In this document: one piece after another, positions 10,258 to 21,485 of the stretch | Numbering within the stretch: the first letter of the stretch is position 1 | Layout: every line of letters starts with the position of its first letter | Assembly (NCBI GenBank): GCA_041891055.1 | Contig: CP169074.1 | Location: forward strand, 896,001-960,000 | DNA: 64,000 nt | Reading direction: 5' to 3' | From: Halorutilales archaeon Cl-col2-1 | GTDB taxonomy: Archaea; Halobacteriota; Halobacteria; Halobacteriales; Afararchaeaceae | The notes under the pieces: model-generated | What the model saw: the letters and a program-made list of their open reading frames with translations, nothing else | Databases searched by the model: none | What the model was told of the DNA's origin: nothing | Position numbers and translations under genes: made by a program

Positions 10258-10968
10258 GGAGGATGTCAAGTTTAGAGATGGTGTTGTGAGGAGCAGCATA
10301 GGATTTCAGCCAGTTAGAGATTGATTGGAGCTATTGGTCGGGAAGCGATCCCAGAACCGAGTAGTTCGGTGTGTTGCGAACCCAAAGTTTGCATACATCC
10401 AAAAATCGAAGATTTTTGAATATTTCAAGACACCGAACTACGACTCTAGTAGGATACGTTGTCCGTAATGCGTCGAGGCTAGATCTACCTTTACTGACGT
10501 CGACGTGGATCACCTTAAAGATGTCCACATCGACGACTGCCCAGACATACACTTGCTCTCCATCGATTTCCAGCTTAGTTTCGTCGACAGCAACTACATC
10601 CCGGTGATCGGTTTCCGGTTCGAAGGGGTGAGACAGTCGGTGATACCACTGTCTTCTTGTGAATCGAAGATTCACGGGATACGCGAATCTGTGATTCGCT
10701 CAACACAGCCTCATGCGAACGTTCGACCACCGGTTCTATATCACGGTACGATAAGCCGGCATAGTACAGGAAAGACGTTGCAAACGCGAAGCGTTTGACA
10801 GCCCACAAATCTCCGATTTGTGAACGCGACCACGCGTCTTTTCTTCAGAGTGTCTTCACGACAAAACTATTTCTTCTTTGCGTGCTTTCTCTATCACGTG
10901 GTTGAGCATTTTCCATCCCACAACAAAATTGCTCAACCATACTCTTACTCTCTAAGGTTAACACCGCC
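10258..10968 (-). mobile_element. Degenerate IS6-family insertion sequence
   Basis: Terminal motifs GGCGGTGTTAACC (10968 end) and TGTCAAGTT (10264 end); transposase fragments VAVDETKLEIDGEQVYVWAVVD and GLSYRDI...SHEAVRQWYHRL. Confidence 0.8.
10331..10909 (-). pseudogene. IS6-family DDE transposase pseudogene
   Basis: Frameshifts, internal deletion and three hairpin-unit insertions (about 10372-10420, 10655-10703, 10776-10824). Confidence 0.8.
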
Positions 10969-11026
10969 AGACGAGCCCTAGATATATGAGTCTCGGGTTG
11001 GTAGGTGGTCAATCGGGGGAAACAAA

Positions 11027-12232
11027 ATGAAAGAATCGAGACGTGACTTCCTTAAGAAGGTCGGTGTAGTAACGGGGGGAGTGTCAGTAGCGGGGTGTAT
11101 GGGGCAGACAGAAACGCAACAGACGGGAGGGCAGGATGGTGGTGGGGAGACTGGATCGGGCTCAGGTGGAGGCTCCGACATAGAGTCGTGGGAAGAGGCT
11201 CAACACGTCGCGACTGCTTCTTGGCTCTCCGACAACATAGACGACGTGACCGTGGTAGACGCTAGTCCTGTCGACGGTACGGGATACATAGACGGTGCTG
11301 TCGGGCTCGACGCGAGTCAGACGAGAGAGGCTCCGGCGACACCTCTCCATTTCGAGGTCAACGGCGTCATGAAGAGACCCGACGACCTCGCCGAAGTCTT
11401 CGGTCAGAACGGTATCTCGGAGACAGACGACGTCGTGGTCTACGACGAGTTCGGAGGTCTCTGGGCGGCTACGGTCGTCAAGAGCTTCATCTGGGCGGGA
11501 CACGAAGGCGACGTGAAGCTCTTCGAGGGCAACCGAACCTACTGGGCGGAGGAAGGAGGTGCGACATCAGAGAGCTTAACCGAACCATCAGGAGCCGACT
11601 ACTCACACAACGGTCCCGCGGAGGATCTCATCGTGACCGGAGTCGACGTTATGAGACATCTCAACGACGACTCGACTGTCTTCGTAGACAACAGGGACTT
11701 CGTCGAGTACACCGGAATAGAGGTGAGACGCCACGGAGGACCCAGTGGTTCGCGCGAGGATATGAACCACCGTGGAGGACATATACCCGGAGCGGAGCTT
11801 CTGCCGTGGAGACGTCTCCTCACAGACCCCGACAACGACGAGCTAACGACCGTGGGAACCAGCGATATAATACGTAGTCCCGCCCATCTGCGTCCCGTCA
11901 ACGAGGTGTCGTCGGAGTTAGGCGACCTGGGAGTGAGTCAGGATCAGACCGTTATCTCGTACTGCCAGACCGCCGTGAGGGGTGCTCTGCCGCTTCCGCT
12001 CCTGACTGACATGGGATACGACGTCCGTGTCTACGAGGGGGCCTACGAAGAGTGGGGAGGAAACCAGATAACACCCATAACAGACCTGCCGCCCGGTGGT
12101 GGATGGGCATACGAGAGAGCCGAAGAGTACGGCGGCTTCCCTGGCGGAGACGACTACGGCGCAGAACAGGAGTCATACAGCTCCGACGAGCTGCTTGAGA
12201 TACTCTACGACTCGCTCGAACCCGGTACGTAG
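11027..12232 (+). CDS. Tat lipoprotein thiosulfate/3-mercaptopyruvate sulfurtransferase (tandem rhodanese)
   Basis: SRRDFLK...VAGC; GHIPGA; active loop YCQTAVR; YEGAYEEW. Confidence 0.88.
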   Translation: MKESRRDFLKKVGVVTGGVSVAGCMGQTETQQTGGQDGGGETGSGSGGGSDIESWEEAQHVATASWLSDNIDDVTVVDASPVDGTGYIDGAVGLDASQTREAPATPLHFEVNGVMKRPDDLAEVFGQNGISETDDVVVYDEFGGLWAATVVKSFIWAGHEGDVKLFEGNRTYWAEEGGATSESLTEPSGADYSHNGPAEDLIVTGVDVMRHLNDDSTVFVDNRDFVEYTGIEVRRHGGPSGSREDMNHRGGHIPGAELLPWRRLLTDPDNDELTTVGTSDIIRSPAHLRPVNEVSSELGDLGVSQDQTVISYCQTAVRGALPLPLLTDMGYDVRVYEGAYEEWGGNQITPITDLPPGGGWAYERAEEYGGFPGGDDYGAEQESYSSDELLEILYDSLEPGT

Positions 12233-13518
12233 CCGACTTCCTCGGGTTCGGACGCTCCTGTTGGAGCCCGAGGCTCAGACGACTCCGAGTCGCTGAGACG
12301 GAATATACGTGACGCCGACTGGAGAGTCTCGTAGTCCTCCGACGCCGCAGCCTTCTTGAGCGACTGAGTCGGGTCGGAGAGTAGCTGTGAGACGAGAGAA
12401 CGCGTGAGATCGTTTATTATCTCCTTCTCGTCGTCGGAGAGAGTCGTGCCGTTTTCCTCTAGCCTCTCGAACGCCCTCTGTGTCTCAGTCTCCCTCAGAC
12501 CCTCGGCGTAGCTGTATATCCTCGACAGCATCTCCTGTGCCGCCTTCTCGTTGAGCTTGCGTTCGAGAACCCCCATCTCCTCCGAAATCATCTCCTCGAC
12601 CCTCTCCGCCGCCTCTCTCCGCGTTTCGAGGGACGAGTCGCTGACCTGTGAGAGATCGTCTATGTCTACGACATCTACCTCGTCGAGTTCATCTGCGTTC
12701 TGGTTGACGTCGCGCGGGTTGGCGAGGTCAACTACGAGGAGTTGGTGTCCGTCGAGATCCGACTTGTCGAATATGGGATGGGGAGCACCCGTCGCGGTCA
12801 CGACTATGTCGGCGGCATGGAGATGTCTCGAAAGCTCGGCGAACTTGACGGGCTCACCACCTATCTCGTCGGCGAGCTTCGCCGCTGTTTCGAAAGTTCT
12901 GTTAGCCACGAGTATGTCGTCGTACTCCTTATCCCTCGACGCGAGTGCCTTAGATACTAGCTCCCCCATGTCTCCCGCACCTATCACAAGGACAGTTATC
13001 CCTGAGAGATCGCCCAAACGTTCCTTAGCGACCTCAACGGCGGCGCTTCCCATCGATGCGTTGCCCTCGTTTATACGTGTCTCCGAACGCGCCCTTTCGC
13101 CAATATGTATTGACTTTATTATCGCAGTGTCGAGGGTGCTGTCAAGATGACCCTTCTCGGAAGCCTCGTGGTAGGCGTCGCGTATCTGTCCGAGTATCTC
13201 GTCCTCTCCGAGTACCATGCTTTCGAGACCACACGCGAGACGCATCAGATGACGTACCGACTCGGTGTGTCCCTTGTACTTCCTGAGTTCACGGTCTATC
13301 TCTATCTCGTCGGCGATCTCCTTGAGAGCCTCCCTTGGTGACTCTCCGGTGACATAGAACTCGGCTCTGTTACACGTCTGGAGCACAAACGCCTCTCTTA
13401 CCCCCTGCTTCGACTCCAGGCTGTCGAGAAGATAATCTACGTCGGGCTTACAGACCTCCTCTAGCTCGTTGACCTCCGCCCACTTGTGAGTTACAAGAAG
13501 GCTCCTGATCTCAGACAT
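12205..13518 (-). CDS. hemA: Glutamyl-tRNA reductase
   Basis: QTCNRAEFY, GLESMVLGEDEILGQ, IGAGDMG, DLANPRDV. Confidence 0.97.
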   Translation of the reverse strand: MSEIRSLLVTHKWAEVNELEEVCKPDVDYLLDSLESKQGVREAFVLQTCNRAEFYVTGESPREALKEIADEIEIDRELRKYKGHTESVRHLMRLACGLESMVLGEDEILGQIRDAYHEASEKGHLDSTLDTAIIKSIHIGERARSETRINEGNASMGSAAVEVAKERLGDLSGITVLVIGAGDMGELVSKALASRDKEYDDILVANRTFETAAKLADEIGGEPVKFAELSRHLHAADIVVTATGAPHPIFDKSDLDGHQLLVVDLANPRDVNQNADELDEVDVVDIDDLSQVSDSSLETRREAAERVEEMISEEMGVLERKLNEKAAQEMLSRIYSYAEGLRETETQRAFERLEENGTTLSDDEKEIINDLTRSLVSQLLSDPTQSLKKAAASEDYETLQSASRIFRLSDSESSEPRAPTGASEPEEVGYVPGSSES

Positions 13519-13524
13519 CTCAGG

Positions 13525-13653
13525 CTAGTCTTTGAGTACGAGTGTCCCGCTGAGTATCTGGTTGAGTATTATGACACCGACTACGACCAACCCTATTGCC
13601 GTGACCAAAGCCCAGTAGGTACTGCTCCCTTGTTCCAGCCCAAACACTTGCAT
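13525..13653 (-). CDS. Small 42-aa single-pass membrane protein (not in ORF track)
   Basis: MQVFGLEQGSSTYWALVTAIGLVVVGVIILNQILSGTLVLKD*; ends 6 bp before hemA; AT-rich TATA-like sequence upstream. Confidence 0.6.
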   Translation of the reverse strand: MQVFGLEQGSSTYWALVTAIGLVVVGVIILNQILSGTLVLKD

Positions 13654-13759
13654 ACGTCATACTATACCACAGTTTAAGTTAAATCTGTCGGAGTCCCCGA
13701 GTACGCCGCAGTACGAGACACGAAGCCTTTATGCCCACGGACACCACGCGTTGTTTCAG

Positions 13760-14440
13760 ATGGCACCACGACCCCGACTCGTGACTCTGCTACGGATTCC
13801 CGACGCCGTCTCACTCGCGAACACGGCTCTGGGATTCGCCGCGGTTACCTTCCTCCTCTCAGGTGACACAGATACAGCGGCACGTCTGGTTCTCCTGGCA
13901 GGAGTCGCCGACGGACTCGACGGTATATTAGCGCGTCAGTCGGGAACGAGTCAGATAGGCGTCGAACTCGACTCGCTCGCAGACGCAGTCTCCTTCGGCG
14001 TCGTCCCTGCGTCACTCGTCCACGTCGTCACGAGAGGCGAGTACACGTACCTCTCTCTGCTCTCCGTCGTCTTCCTCCTCTCCGCAGTCGTGCGTCTTGC
14101 GGTCTACAACGTCAAGGACTCCGACTCACCGGGGTTCACGGGAGTCCCGTCGACACTCGCAGGCATCACAGTCGCGTCGGCTTACCTCTCAGACCTCGGG
14201 GCTCCGACAGTCTTCTTCGTCTTACTCACGTCTGTACTCGCGTACCTCATGGTGATCGACACGTCGTACCCCGACCTCAGGGAAAGGGACGCAGTACTGA
14301 TGGGTGGACTCATAGGAGCCTCGGGTGTCTTTCCCGACGTAGCAGGGTCGGCTCTGCCGCGTCTACTTCTCGTCTTCCTCGTCCTCTTCGTCGTCGGAGG
14401 ACCGTCGCTATACCCGAACCCTGAGAAAGAAGGTCACTGA
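13760..14440 (+). CDS. pssA: CDP-alcohol phosphatidyltransferase (archaetidylserine synthase-like)
   Basis: DGLDGILAR...G..LDSLADAVSFGVVPA motif. Confidence 0.85.
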   Translation: MAPRPRLVTLLRIPDAVSLANTALGFAAVTFLLSGDTDTAARLVLLAGVADGLDGILARQSGTSQIGVELDSLADAVSFGVVPASLVHVVTRGEYTYLSLLSVVFLLSAVVRLAVYNVKDSDSPGFTGVPSTLAGITVASAYLSDLGAPTVFFVLLTSVLAYLMVIDTSYPDLRERDAVLMGGLIGASGVFPDVAGSALPRLLLVFLVLFVVGGPSLYPNPEKEGH

Positions 14441-14475
14441 GTTTATACCGAGAGGAGACTTATCTCTTCTATACC

Positions 14476-15501
14476 ATGACCGAGTCGGATCTCTGGACTT
14501 CTAAGCACTCACCTCGAAGCATCGACGAGGTCTCGTCCGTACATCCTGACGCCGAGAGTCTCCTGAGGAACGTAGCCGAGGGACGTCTCAATGCACTGAT
14601 ACACGGCTCCGAGGGGATCGGGAAGACCGCCGCAGCCAAAGCGATAGCGAGCGAGGAACACGGAGAAGCATACGAGAACTCGCTCTTCGTCCTCAACGCC
14701 TCCGACTTCTTCGGGATGACTAAGAAGGAGATAGCCGACGACCCGCGTTTCGAGGGCTTCATAACCTCGAAGAGACGCCGTAACTCGTCGAAGGCAGACC
14801 TCATGAACCACGTCCTCAAGGAGGTCGCCTCACACACGACTGTCGGAACCGGATTCAAGACCCTCGTGATCGACAACGCCGAGAGCATGAGACGTGACTT
14901 CCAGGAGTCGCTCAGAAGGGTAATGGAACGTCACTCCGAGACGTGCCAGTTCATACTCACGACTCGGTCGTCCTCAGGTGTGATACCGCCCATTAGGTCG
15001 AGATGTTTCTCGGTCTCACTCGGTGCTCCGACGAGGGAGAGAATAAGAGACAGACTCAAACAGATCGCAGACGAGGAAGGCGTCGAGTACGACGCGATGG
15101 GACTCGAATTCGTAGCCGAAGAGGCTGACGGAGACCTCCGGGAGGCGATCCTGACGTTACAGACGGTAGCCTCGGAGAAGGACGTCGTCACGATGTCCGA
15201 CGCGAACGAAGTCATAGACTCGGTCGTAGCTGGAGACATCGAAGAGGTGCTGAGTCTGTCGCGCGAGGGTAACTTCGACGACGCAGTTGACGTGATTGAT
15301 GACCTTCTGATAGACGAAGGCTTCTCTGGTGTCGAGATACTCGAAGGTCTCGTAGACGAAGTACGCAGGTCTGAGATAGATGACACTGAGGCGGCGAGGA
15401 TAGTACGTCTGATAGGAGAGGTCGAGGACGAGATGTCGGAAGCAGGGGGCAACAACGAGAGGATACATCTCGAACGTCTCGTCTCGGCAATAGCTTCGTG
15501 A
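14476..15501 (+). CDS. Replication factor C small-subunit homologue (clamp-loader AAA+)
   Basis: LWTSKHSP, GSEGIGKT, NASD, LRRVME, PPIRSRC. Confidence 0.88.
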   Translation: MTESDLWTSKHSPRSIDEVSSVHPDAESLLRNVAEGRLNALIHGSEGIGKTAAAKAIASEEHGEAYENSLFVLNASDFFGMTKKEIADDPRFEGFITSKRRRNSSKADLMNHVLKEVASHTTVGTGFKTLVIDNAESMRRDFQESLRRVMERHSETCQFILTTRSSSGVIPPIRSRCFSVSLGAPTRERIRDRLKQIADEEGVEYDAMGLEFVAEEADGDLREAILTLQTVASEKDVVTMSDANEVIDSVVAGDIEEVLSLSREGNFDDAVDVIDDLLIDEGFSGVEILEGLVDEVRRSEIDDTEAARIVRLIGEVEDEMSEAGGNNERIHLERLVSAIAS

Positions 15502-15548
15502 CGCACGACGTGCCTTAGACTTATCTGTTTAAAACGCCAAATCTCTTT

Positions 15549-16358
15549 ATGGGAGTAATACAGCGTTTCACCAACCTCGTACGTACTAAGCTCAACTCTC
15601 TGATAGGGCGTTTCGAGGATCCGTACGAGACACTCGACCAGGCTTACGAGGATCTCAAGGACGAGGAACAGAAGGTCAACAAGGGACTCACAGACCTCAA
15701 GACGTCTAAGAAACGTCTTGAGATGAGGAAGAGGAAGTTAGAGGAAGAAGTCGAGAAACGCAATAAGCAGGCGCGTGACGCCGTGGATCAGGAGAGGGAC
15801 GACCTCGCGAGAGAGGCGCTTGAGAAGAAGCAGTCGGCGATGTCACAGATAGAGGACTTAGAGGAGAAGATACAGCGTCTCGAAGCCCAGGAGGAAGACC
15901 TCAAGGAGAAACGCGAGAGACTCAAGACGAAGATAGAGGACTTCAAGACGAAGAAGGAGAGCATGAAAGCAGAGTACTCCGCCGCCGAGGCGTCGGTAAA
16001 GGTCAATGAGGCTGTGAGCGGCGCGGGCGACGAGATGGAGAACATCGACAGGACTGTCGACCGAGCACAAGAGGAGCTCGAAGAGATGAAGGCACGTTCG
16101 GAAGCCCTAGACGAGATGGATCAAGAAGGCGACTTAGAGTCGCCCTTCGAGGACTCCGACTCGATAGACGACGAGTTGGACAATATCTCGTCCCAGAACG
16201 CCGTCGAGGAGGAGCTTGAGACTCTCAAGACCGAGACTAAAGGAGATGAGGAAGCGGAAAAGGACGGAGTGAGTTCGGGGGAGAGTGAAAAGTCGGACTC
16301 CGACGAGGTCGAGAAGGAGCTTGAGGAGATAAAGAAAGATAACGACAACGGGGAGTAG
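15549..16358 (+). CDS. pspA: PspA/IM30 family protein
   Basis: MGVIQRF...EDP..L, DLAREAL, long coiled coil. Confidence 0.9.
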   Translation: MGVIQRFTNLVRTKLNSLIGRFEDPYETLDQAYEDLKDEEQKVNKGLTDLKTSKKRLEMRKRKLEEEVEKRNKQARDAVDQERDDLAREALEKKQSAMSQIEDLEEKIQRLEAQEEDLKEKRERLKTKIEDFKTKKESMKAEYSAAEASVKVNEAVSGAGDEMENIDRTVDRAQEELEEMKARSEALDEMDQEGDLESPFEDSDSIDDELDNISSQNAVEEELETLKTETKGDEEAEKDGVSSGESEKSDSDEVEKELEEIKKDNDNGE

Positions 16359-16420
16359 ACACAGCGCAGCCACCGGCTCCGATGCCGAAGCTGACGCTGA
16401 CGCCGAAGTCGAAGCCGAAG

Positions 16421-16816
16421 TTAGCCTTCTATCTCTTTCTCAATTCTGTCTATGTAGTCGTCACGTACGTCCTCCTCGGCGTAGAAGCCCCGGAGGTCAA
16501 AGTCGCCGGCGTTGAACTCCTCGGCTACCTCGACCATGTAGTCGACTGCGGCGTCGTAGTCGGGAAGAACACGTCCCACGGTGTGTGCCTCGACGTCGAC
16601 CTCCACGAAGAGGCTGACCCTCCAGCCGGTACGTCCGCCTATGCTCCCGGTGTCAGCCTCGACTACTGTCACGAGAGGTAGGCAGCGTCGTGGGTAGTCC
16701 TCAGCGTTGAAGATGTCGGGTCGGTAACAGATCACGACGCCCTCGTCCTCCGACCAGACGACCCAGCCCTCGGGCAGGTCGCGTCCGTCGTACTCCGTCT
16801 CTAGATCCCTGTCCAT
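16421..16816 (-). CDS. Conserved haloarchaeal hypothetical protein (DUF5820-like)
   Basis: LPEGWVVWSE...YRPDIF...CLP. Confidence 0.75.
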   Translation of the reverse strand: MDRDLETEYDGRDLPEGWVVWSEDEGVVICYRPDIFNAEDYPRRCLPLVTVVEADTGSIGGRTGWRVSLFVEVDVEAHTVGRVLPDYDAAVDYMVEVAEEFNAGDFDLRGFYAEEDVRDDYIDRIEKEIEG

Positions 16817-16908
16817 GGGAAGATTAGAGGGTGGAGACTAAAATACCTTAACTGAGAGGGCGAGGAGAAGGCTTATGGTGTTGGTCTTTGTACCAATAGT
16901 AGTAGAGG

Positions 16909-17391
16909 ATGGCTTCAGTAACGGATGAGGATATGATAACCATGGAAGACAATACACCGCCGCTGCACCCGATGGAACGTGAACAGCTTAAAGCTGAATC
17001 GACCCTTGTCGTCACAGTGAAATCCTCCGAGGAGTTTCACGAGGAAGTCACTGAAGGAATCCAAAACCTCAAGCACGGAGACTCAACAGACTCACCTCCG
17101 ACACTGTCGTTCACTACCTACGACGATCTAATGAAAATCCTCACGCCGAGAGTACTCGACCTCATAGAGACTATCCGACAGGAAGAGCCGTCGAGTATCA
17201 ATGAGACCGCTAGGATGGTGGACAGGGACGTTAAGAACGTCCACGAGGAGCTCAGCAGAGTCGCGCGACTCGGTATAATATTCTTCGAGGAAGAAGGACA
17301 GAGTAAGCGTCCTGTAGTCTGGTTCGATGAACTCGTGATCAACCTGCCATTCAGCCAAGAAAAGAAAGAAGCTGCTACCGTAGCTCCTTAG
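16909..17391 (+). CDS. HVO_A0114-like wHTH DNA-binding protein / putative antitoxin
   Basis: LTPRVLDLIETIRQEEPSSINETARMVDRDVKNVHEEL...KRPVVWFDEL. Confidence 0.8.
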   Translation: MASVTDEDMITMEDNTPPLHPMEREQLKAESTLVVTVKSSEEFHEEVTEGIQNLKHGDSTDSPPTLSFTTYDDLMKILTPRVLDLIETIRQEEPSSINETARMVDRDVKNVHEELSRVARLGIIFFEEEGQSKRPVVWFDELVINLPFSQEKKEAATVAP

Positions 17392-17396
17392 ATCCT

Positions 17397-18812
<1,416 letters not shown>

Positions 18813-18935
18813 TAGGCTTAGAGTAACGCGGAGACCACAAAAAAGCCTCTATCTTGATACAGCGAGAGAATCCCGCCCTTCCCGCGAAGGACGAGTGTTC
18901 CGACGCCCTGTCGGAACCGAGGACTGAGCAGGGCG

Positions 18936-19282
18936 TTAACGAGAGCGAGCCCTCGTTCGCACATCAGAACGCTTCGCGTTCTGAGGACGTTCGCTAATCT
19001 CTGATTAGCGTGCAAGCAAATCTTCGATTTGCATACGTTCAGAAATCAAAGATTTCTGAGCCCACGAGAGCAAAGCTCTCGGGACGTTCGCTAATCTCCG
19101 ATTAGCGAGCCATCAAACTCGTAGAGTTTGAGACGTTCACGAATCGGAAGATTCGCGTGCGTCCTCAGAAACTTCGTTTCCGGGCTTTCCACAAATCGAA
19201 GATTTGTGTAGTAGCCATTCGAAGAATGGCATACCTTCGGAATCAGAGATTCCGAGACACGAGAACGTAAGTTCTCGGGACG
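18936..19282 (+). repeat. Head-to-tail array of 7 double-hairpin mini-units (47-54 bp) inside the IS left end
   Basis: Units start T/TTC and mostly end ACG, e.g. ttcagaaatcaaagatttctgagcccacgagagcaaagctctcgggacg; 14 stem-loops. Confidence 0.85.
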
Positions 19283-19381
19283 GGAGTGAATCGCGTAAGC
19301 CCCGTGCCACAATCTCTGTGACTGTTGCCTGACTGAATACCCAACGTAAGTATTTAGTAGGGCAGAAACGTACAAATTCTT

Positions 19382-19525
19382 GTGCGAACGGAGATAGATA
19401 TGGAGCGCGGTGGGGACCTACACGAGCGAGTCAAAGAGTATGCTCGTGAGAATGGCATCCGCCATCCGCGTGCCTACCGCGAGCTAATTGAACAAGGGTT
19501 AGAGACGGATGGAAACAACGACTAA
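19382..19525 (+). CDS. 47-aa ribbon-helix-helix-like protein upstream of tnpB (not in ORF track)
   Basis: VRTEIDMERGGDLHERVKEYARENGIRHPRAYRELIEQGLETDGNND*; similar to 41246-41389; overlaps tnpB start. Confidence 0.65.
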   Translation: MRTEIDMERGGDLHERVKEYARENGIRHPRAYRELIEQGLETDGNND

Positions 19526-20840
19526 GACGCTCGAAGCGACCCTCGCGCCGCCGACAGCACACAAGGAGCGGAAACTGTGTGACTTGCTCGAAACCTACCG
19601 TGAGGGCCTACACGAAGCGTTCGACGCCGGGTGTGACACGATGAGCGCAACCAGCGACGTGGTGACGCCCTACGACTTACCGTATCAGGCGAAAGCGGCC
19701 CTGTGCAACTACGTCCCACAACTGCACGAAACCTACGATGCACAGGAGTTAGACGACGACCACCCGGTTCGGCTCACCAACCAGTCCGCCGAGTTCGACC
19801 ACTCTCCGGCGCGTGACTACGAGTTTACGTGGTGGGTGCCCCAGCCCGGTCGCGGAACGAATTTCTGGATACCTCTTCGCATCAACCCCGAACAGGAGGA
19901 TCTGTGGCACGACGTCGTAGACGGAGACGCTTCGGCAGGCCAACTCCGCCTGCAACAGAATCGTACATCGTGGACGCTACACGTCACTGTCGAGTTTCCG
20001 GTCGAAGAACCCGACTACGCGACAGACGGCGACGACGTGACGCACATCGGTCTGGACATTGGTGAAACCGCCCTGATAACGGGCTGTGCCCTCAAGGACG
20101 GTTCACCAACTGGCCCGTTCGTGTGTGACGGGAGCCGTGCGAAGCATCTCCGAAAAGAGATGCACACCACCCTGAAACGACTCCAAGAGCGTGACGCCGC
20201 CGAGTGGCGGATTGACGAACGGTTCGACTACTACCAGAACGCACTCACGGACATCATAGAGAAGGCGTCTCGGCAGGCAATCGAGTACGCCCGGCAATTC
20301 GAGAAGCCGGTGCTGGTGATGGAAAATCTGACGTACATCCGCGAAGAATTGGACTACGGCGCGTACATGAACCGGCGACTCCATGCGTGGGCGTTCGCTC
20401 GGTTACAGAACCGCGTCGAGGACAAAGCGCGAGAGGCCGGTATCCCAGTCAAATACGTCCGACCGGAGTACACCAGCCAGACGTGCCACGAGTGCGGCCA
20501 CATCGGAAACAGAGCCGCACAAGCCACGTTCCGGTGTACCAACGACGAGTGCCACATTACGGCGTTTCAGGGCGACATAAACGGCGCAATCAACGTTGCA
20601 CAACGGGCTGACCCGTGGGGAGAGAGCGTGCCGCTGAAACCGGCAGGCAATGACTCGCCTCGGGATGGGAGTGCCTGTGACAGCACCACGACCTCGTTCG
20701 AGACGGCGGAGCCGTCTCGTGATCACGAAAGACGCGACGCGTCTTTCGAACGACACCGTGAGACGAGCGAGAAACACTCGCAAATGACTCTCTCGGCCTT
20801 CCACGGGTCGGAACCCTCTACCAGCGATAGCCGCACTTAG
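19509..20840 (+). CDS. tnpB: RNA-guided endonuclease TnpB
   Basis: RuvC GLDIG / MENL / GDING; Zn finger CHECG...CTNDEC. Confidence 0.93.
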   Translation: METTTKTLEATLAPPTAHKERKLCDLLETYREGLHEAFDAGCDTMSATSDVVTPYDLPYQAKAALCNYVPQLHETYDAQELDDDHPVRLTNQSAEFDHSPARDYEFTWWVPQPGRGTNFWIPLRINPEQEDLWHDVVDGDASAGQLRLQQNRTSWTLHVTVEFPVEEPDYATDGDDVTHIGLDIGETALITGCALKDGSPTGPFVCDGSRAKHLRKEMHTTLKRLQERDAAEWRIDERFDYYQNALTDIIEKASRQAIEYARQFEKPVLVMENLTYIREELDYGAYMNRRLHAWAFARLQNRVEDKAREAGIPVKYVRPEYTSQTCHECGHIGNRAAQATFRCTNDECHITAFQGDINGAINVAQRADPWGESVPLKPAGNDSPRDGSACDSTTTSFETAEPSRDHERRDASFERHRETSEKHSQMTLSAFHGSEPSTSDSRT

Positions 20841-20941
20841 CTGGTATTCCCCATGTGTGGGAAGCCGCGCCGTCATCGGACTTCGTCCGATTGCCTGAGG
20901 GATCTTCGATCCCTCTCCGTTCACGGCGCGGAGGATGTCAC
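20600..20941 (+). ncRNA. Putative omega-RNA scaffold of element 1 (5' boundary approximate)
   Basis: Position overlapping the tnpB 3' end up to right-end TCAC, as established for TnpB elements. Confidence 0.55.
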
Positions 20942-20947
20942 TCGGAG

Positions 20948-21382
20948 TTAGTGGCAGCCGCACGATCCGCCGCCGTGTCCGCCTCCGCTTCTACTCCCAC
21001 AGCCACACGATCCAGACTTACTACCCGTCCCACACGAACACGACTCCTCGGTGAAGTTGGGGTTGTCGACGTCGAAGCCGGCTCCACTGCGCGACCTCAC
21101 GAACTCGACCGTGCCTCCTTCGACGGCTTCGTGAGACGACTCGTCTACCACGAATCTGATGCCGTCCGCCTCTACGACGTAGTCGGTCTCGTCGACCTCG
21201 TCGTCGAACCAGAGCTCGTACGTCGGCTCAGAACAGCATCCGCCGCCCTCGGCACGGAGACGTACGGCGTGTCCCTCAAGACCGTTCGAGTCCCTCATCT
21301 CCTTCGCCTTCTCAGCTGCAGTCTGTGTGACGTCTATGTCGGCTGTACGTGTCTGTTTCTGGTTTTGAGAATGAGTGCTCAT
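20948..21382 (-). CDS. HesB/IscA Fe-S cluster assembly protein with Cys/His-rich tail
   Basis: GGGCC, DNPN...SCSCG. Confidence 0.9.
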   Translation of the reverse strand: MSTHSQNQKQTRTADIDVTQTAAEKAKEMRDSNGLEGHAVRLRAEGGGCCSEPTYELWFDDEVDETDYVVEADGIRFVVDESSHEAVEGGTVEFVRSRSGAGFDVDNPNFTEESCSCGTGSKSGSCGCGSRSGGGHGGGSCGCH

Positions 21383-21485
21383 GCAACTGTAGGTTGTGAC
21401 CTGCTAACATAAGTCTTCCGTGACTTCGAGTCAGACGTATCTCATCTCTTAAGTAGGTGAAATTCGTATATAGGTTACTGGTAAG

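Larger units (their letters stand above)
18853..20941 (+). mobile_element. IS200/IS605 (IS1341-type, no tnpA) element 1
   Basis: Left-end hairpin TCCCGCCC...GGG(A)CGGGA-GTGAATCGCG; right-end hairpin GAAG-CCGCGCCG...CGGCGCGG-AGGATGTCAC; left boundary 18853 (after CTAT) or 18859 (after TTGAT). Confidence 0.88.

Noticed and set aside
16381-16420. Short GCCGAAG/CTGACG repeats between pspA and the DUF5820-like gene
   Set aside because: Low-complexity hexamer slippage with no evidence of function.
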